The notes under the pieces: model-generated | The model's input: only the letters and a program-made list of their open reading frames with translations | The model's database searches: none | What the model was told of the DNA's origin: nothing | Source: Podarcis bocagei | Taxonomy: Eukaryota | Direction: 5' to 3' (one strand) | Length of the DNA stretch: 64,000 bases | Assembly: GCA_964188305.1 (NCBI GenBank) | Contig: OZ076885.1 | Shown here: piece by piece, positions 60,901 through 64,000 of the stretch | Position numbering within the stretch: the first letter of the stretch is position 1 | Layout of the letters: each line of letters opens with the position of its first letter | Position numbers and translations under genes: made by a program

Positions 60901-62522
60901 CTTCTTGGATTTGGGTTTTTCAGTAATTTATGGGTTTGATTTTTAAAAATTGTACAATTTCCCACTGAAAAATACCGTTTAAGCATGAGATGCATTTGGT
61001 CCCGTTTCTGTATACACATAATGTGTGTTTTGGTTTAGTAAAATGTTTGGTTTATTATTATTTTTTGCATTCTTTTTTTCCTTTAGCCTCTCTCTTAATT
61101 TGCTTTTGTTTGGTTATAGCTAGATCTTTTTTCTGTTTTGTTGTTTTTCACCTTAAATAAAGTTGCGATTACGTATTGGGGAAAATGAAAACTACAAGTA
61201 CGCAGAGCTAGTTAGGAGAATTTGAGGTTTTATTAAAACTATGTTTTAAAACTTAGTTATTTGGGATATTTGTAATTCAAATTGAGTTGAGTGTGTAGAT
61301 TCTGGTATGAATGTATTGTTTGGGACCTCACCCTCTTTAAGAAATTGAGGTAAATTTGGTTTATATATAAGATACATTTAAATGTATGAATGGGTCTTGA
61401 AAGTCACTATTCTAAGGAAATGTATACATGGTTTTAGGATGCTCATGAATTCTTAAGTCAGTGCTTGGATCAGCTGAAGGAGGATGTGGAGAAGCTGAAC
61501 AAAACTTGGAAGACTGAGCCAATTTCTGGTGAAGACAGCTCTCTAGGACGTATATCTGATGACTTGTCAGCCACCAGAGTGTACACATGCCCAGTAATTG
61601 CAAACTTAGAATTTGAAGTTCAACATTCTATCATATGTAAAATGTAAGTATTTTAACAGTTTTCCCCCCTTGTTTCATTGTTCTACGCTTCTGTCTCCTC
61701 CCTTCTTTCCTTTTCCTCTGCTCCCCCAAAATCTGCTCCAGAGGTCAGGGTGGGTGGGAAGAGGAATTCCATCACATCCATTGGGGTGGTGCTGGATCTC
61801 ATGCCTAGAGAGCTATACCATCTATGCTGCTGTCATGTAATACCCATTACTACTAGGCATTCCCTTTGTAATTCTAGCTCTTTTGCCCCAAATGATAAAT
61901 ACTTTTCTACTTTTCTCCCACCCTTCTTTTGTAATGTTAATGTTAGAAACAACTACTTCATTTTAATAAGTGCTATTGTTGTCAAAGAAGTTGCAGTTTG
62001 GACCTCTTTTTGATATCCTATTCTATTTTTTAATGTTTATTTTGGTTTTTATAATATTAAATAAAGTAACTGCAAAATACAGCAATATAGAATTCCTATC
62101 AATATAAATTACATGTTTCATTGGTTCAATTACATATCCTCTTCTATCTTTGGTAGCTAATTCAGTGAGAACATTTCTCTTACCTCTTCCACTAAATATA
62201 TGCCAAAATATGTATTTATTTATTATACTTGGTTTTTTACAGACTGGTATTACATCTTTTTTGTAATGCTTATTCTTAAGATATCTGAGTATGACTCGTA
62301 TACTCAGAAATTTGGATATATTTATGAGTTACTAATACAACTTGTAATGAATAGGGAATATGTGGGTAGACTAAAATACACAAGGACATTTCTTTTCCAT
62401 GCAGGTGTGGTGAAACAGTCACCAAACGGGAGCAGTTTAATGACCTTTCAATTGACTTTCCAAGAAGAAAAAAACTTCATCCATCTCGATCTATCCAAGA
62501 TTCCTTGGACCTCTTTTTTAGG
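48792..62522 (+). CDS. USP37: Ubiquitin-specific peptidase 37, 5' part. join(48792..48947,50198..50366,50533..50630,51950..52131,52400..52471,54549..54646,55675..55759,57657..57818,59217..59348,59900..60023,61438..61643,62405..62522). Continues beyond the window.
   Basis: In-phase GT-AG exons. N-terminal PH-like region MAPLKLRGTIRLRSIQTG.., KEN motif, USP Cys box GFTNLGNTCYMNAILQSL, QNDAHEFL motif; head-to-head with CNOT9. Confidence 0.96.
49139..49380. mobile_element. Tc1/mariner MITE, family A (reverse orientation)
   Basis: Perfect TIR CAGTGGTACCTCGGGTTA, TA TSD. Confidence 0.92.
50198..50366 (+). CDS. USP37: USP37 exon (LNHNIKNV..DAEEMKQFLEAVQNGVHT)
   Basis: tacag / GTTAGT, 169 nt. Confidence 0.93.
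50533..50630 (+). CDS. USP37: USP37 exon (VKSSQGSGSFGVLGSRTTQK..ENQ)
   Basis: gtag / GTATTT, 98 nt. Confidence 0.92.
50890..51390 (+). mobile_element. Possible DIRS-type (tyrosine recombinase) retrotransposon remnant
   Basis: Decayed LPSFCP.. and ..SK.T.SRW motifs like DIRS recombinase, plus a DIRS-like terminal segment. Confidence 0.4.
51950..52131 (+). CDS. USP37: USP37 exon (TPSKKG..LRKVLGNPGR..GLLENR)
   Basis: catag / GTATGA, 182 nt. Confidence 0.9.
52400..52471 (+). CDS. USP37: USP37 exon (ERRKRTPPTSEMNEDYPKENDSS)
   Basis: acag / GTATGT, 72 nt; KEN motif. Confidence 0.88.
53408..53660. mobile_element. Tc1/mariner MITE, family B (CAGTGGTGCCTCGCAAGACG termini)
   Basis: TIRs, TA TSD, repeated CGTCTTGCG subterminal motifs, CpG retained. 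Confidence 0.88.
54134..54445. mobile_element. Composite of a Tigger-like TIR fragment and a Tc2-like element end with duplicated internal units
   Basis: TA-CAGTGGTACCTCCGGTT followed by TA-CCGTATTTTTTGCCCCATAAGA; two similar ~50-bp units ending ggtgartttggggtga. Confidence 0.55.
54549..54646 (+). CDS. USP37: USP37 exon (NNKAMTDPARKFLYSSREKQMSLKQTEENRTS)
   Basis: gcag / GTAAAA, 98 nt. Confidence 0.93.
55675..55759 (+). CDS. USP37: USP37 exon (VLPLQSSSFYGSRSSSKDYSAGSSNLDR)
   Basis: taag / GTAAGT, 85 nt. Confidence 0.93.
56856..57097. mobile_element. Tc1/mariner MITE, family A (reverse orientation)
   Basis: TIRs and TA TSD. Confidence 0.92.
57657..57818 (+). CDS. USP37: USP37 exon (TNLLNQTPSAKRSLGF..WNKPRVPLSTHPQQQLQG)
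   Basis: gtag / GTAAGT, 162 nt. Confidence 0.94.
58143..58308. mobile_element. Tc2-like MITE
   Basis: Imperfect inverted ends CCATATTATTCTGTGTATAAGAC / ..ATAGACAGAAAAATACGG. Confidence 0.6.
58891..59142. mobile_element. hAT Charlie-type MITE (OC1/OposCharlie-like)
   Basis: Perfect 8-bp TSD CTGTAGTC; ends ..GGCAAACTAAGGCCCGGGGGCC and GGTCTGAGGGACAGTGGACCGGCCCCCTGCTGAAAAAGTTTG. Confidence 0.75.
59217..59348 (+). CDS. USP37: USP37 exon with catalytic Cys box (FTNLGNTCYMNAILQSLFS..)
   Basis: acag / GTAAGC, 132 nt. Confidence 0.96.
59900..60023 (+). CDS. USP37: USP37 exon (RFTHLLAKKD..ERFSGYMQN)
   Basis: ccag / GTAAGT, 124 nt. Confidence 0.95.
60666..60877. mobile_element. Tc1/mariner MITE, family A (forward orientation)
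   Basis: TIRs and TA TSD. Confidence 0.9.
61438..61643 (+). CDS. USP37: USP37 exon (DAHEFLSQCLDQLKED..LEFEVQHSIICK)
   Basis: ttag / GTAAGT, 206 nt. Confidence 0.95.
62405..62522 (+). CDS. USP37: USP37 exon (CGETVTKREQFNDLSIDFPRRKK..QDSLDLFFR)
   Basis: gcag / GTATGC, 118 nt. Confidence 0.95.
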
Positions 62523-62819
62523 GTATGCAATATACAAGGCTTTTTAATATCATTCAGCATCTCTTTCATTAACAGTCCCCCCCCCCCCATTTCACCATTG
62601 AAGTGTCTGAATACTTCTTGCTATCCATTCTTTTCTTCATGCAAAGCTAAGGATGAATGCGTAGATTTGCATGGGTTCCCCCATCAGCTCTAAGTGAAGA
62701 CTTATGTCCTTTGTAGGAATCACTGTTTGGTCAGGTGCTGTGCTGGCACTAGTTGAACAAGACTCCAAATATTACAGAAGCCCAAGCTTCTGCAGCAATA
62801 CTCTGTTCTATATGTTATG

Positions 62820-63210
62820 ATTTATTTAAATATTTATAGGCCACAGTTTTCATAAAAGTACAACATGGTAGTATATACCACATACAAAGTTGCAATAAGA
62901 TCAGTAAAAACATTAATAAAAACTGCTAGGGTGAAAGAATTTTGCATTTTGAAGGCCTGTCTGAATAGCACTGTTTTCAGGAAACACCTAAAAGTAGGCT
63001 GGGATGATTCCTGACAAGTCTTTACTAGCAAGGAAATCCATAGGGCCTGCCACATTAAAATCTTGGTTCCTAGTAAAGGCCAACTGAATCACAGGGGCAT
63101 GGGGAGCCACCAGAAGTGCCCCATCAGAGGATCTCAGTGATCCAGGTAGAGCACGAGGAACTGGATGGTTTTTAAGTTACCTTGAATCTAAGTAATTTAG
63201 GCCTTTGTGA
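62820..63210 (-). mobile_element. L2-type LINE 3' end fragment
   Basis: Minus strand TFRCFLKTVLFRQAF (L2 ORF2 end-like) followed by an AT-rich tail. Confidence 0.6.
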
Positions 63211-64000
63211 ATTATGCACGGAGATGGGGAGTGGAATGAGAGAGAGAGAGAGTCAATGAAAATTGGTATATAAATCTACCCTTGACACTGGGTGGCCAAG
63301 TACAGGAGAATTTGCCCTTGGTTAGGAATATTAGAATCGTCTGTCCAGTTTTTGTGTTTGAATCTCAGATAAGCGACACTTCTCCAAGTATATTGTAGTA
63401 CTTTGGGCAATAGCGCAGAGAACACATAATGAGAAGAAATAACTTGATTCTACACCGCTCAGCTTTGACCCCACACATGGCAAAGCTACCTTTCCAACAC
63501 TAAGCTTATTTGTCCCACTATTATTCTAATTATTTACTGGATTTATATACCTCCCTATACCCGGGGGTCTCAGGGTGGTTCACAGAATAGCTAGTTGGAA
63601 CGTACAAGGCAACTTATGTAACCATTTAGAGACCAGTAGCAAAATTCGAACCAACAATATCTAACACATATGCTGATCAGACCTCAGCAGTATCCAATCA
63701 CATTAATGAAACCTATGCTGCACATTTACCTGGGAGTAAACCCCTTTCAAAGCAGAGCAACTGCTGAATGAAGATGCATGGGTTTGTACTGATTGATAGA
63801 ACAAAACACTTCTTTCAGTGCTGCCATACTGTTGGGTTTAGTCATATATCTGAGCTGATTATAGTTCCCATAAAGCTGGAGTCCACAGGGTAGCCTCTGC
63901 GCTAGACAGACACCAGCCTCCCGCAGAGCACTATAATCGATGTGAGCCATACAATTTATTTGCCAATTGCATTCTGAAATAGAAAGTGGGTCTCTGCACT

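Overview
Vertebrate genomic DNA, very probably from a squamate: a Sauria SINE and abundant Tc1/mariner and hAT MITEs suggest a lacertid lizard. The window holds the PLCD4 - CNOT9 - USP37 block, in the arrangement I recall from human 2q35. PLCD4 (minus strand) has 11 reconstructable coding exons at 88-12704; its C2-domain exons lie off the left edge and its start exon is uncertain. CNOT9/RQCD1 (minus strand) is complete: 8 exons, 900 nt, 299 aa, 35701-44714. USP37 (plus strand) has 12 coding exons at 48792-62522 and continues off the right edge. CNOT9 and USP37 share a CpG-island bidirectional promoter with NRF1, CRE, E2F and YY1-like motifs. Introns and intergenic DNA contain many transposon remnants (MITEs with TSDs, L1, L2, Penelope, DIRS, a solo LTR, SINEs). 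I found no evidence for a wholly new multi-gene system. The most notable observations are: a textbook U12 AT-AC intron in PLCD4; a uORF in frame with CNOT9 and separated from it by a single TGA; an inverted MITE pair around the USP37 catalytic exons (circRNA/dsRNA candidate); a young CpG-island-like hAT insertion; a MITE carrying telomeric repeats; and competing candidate first exons for PLCD4. Comparisons with human orthologues are from memory, not from a search.
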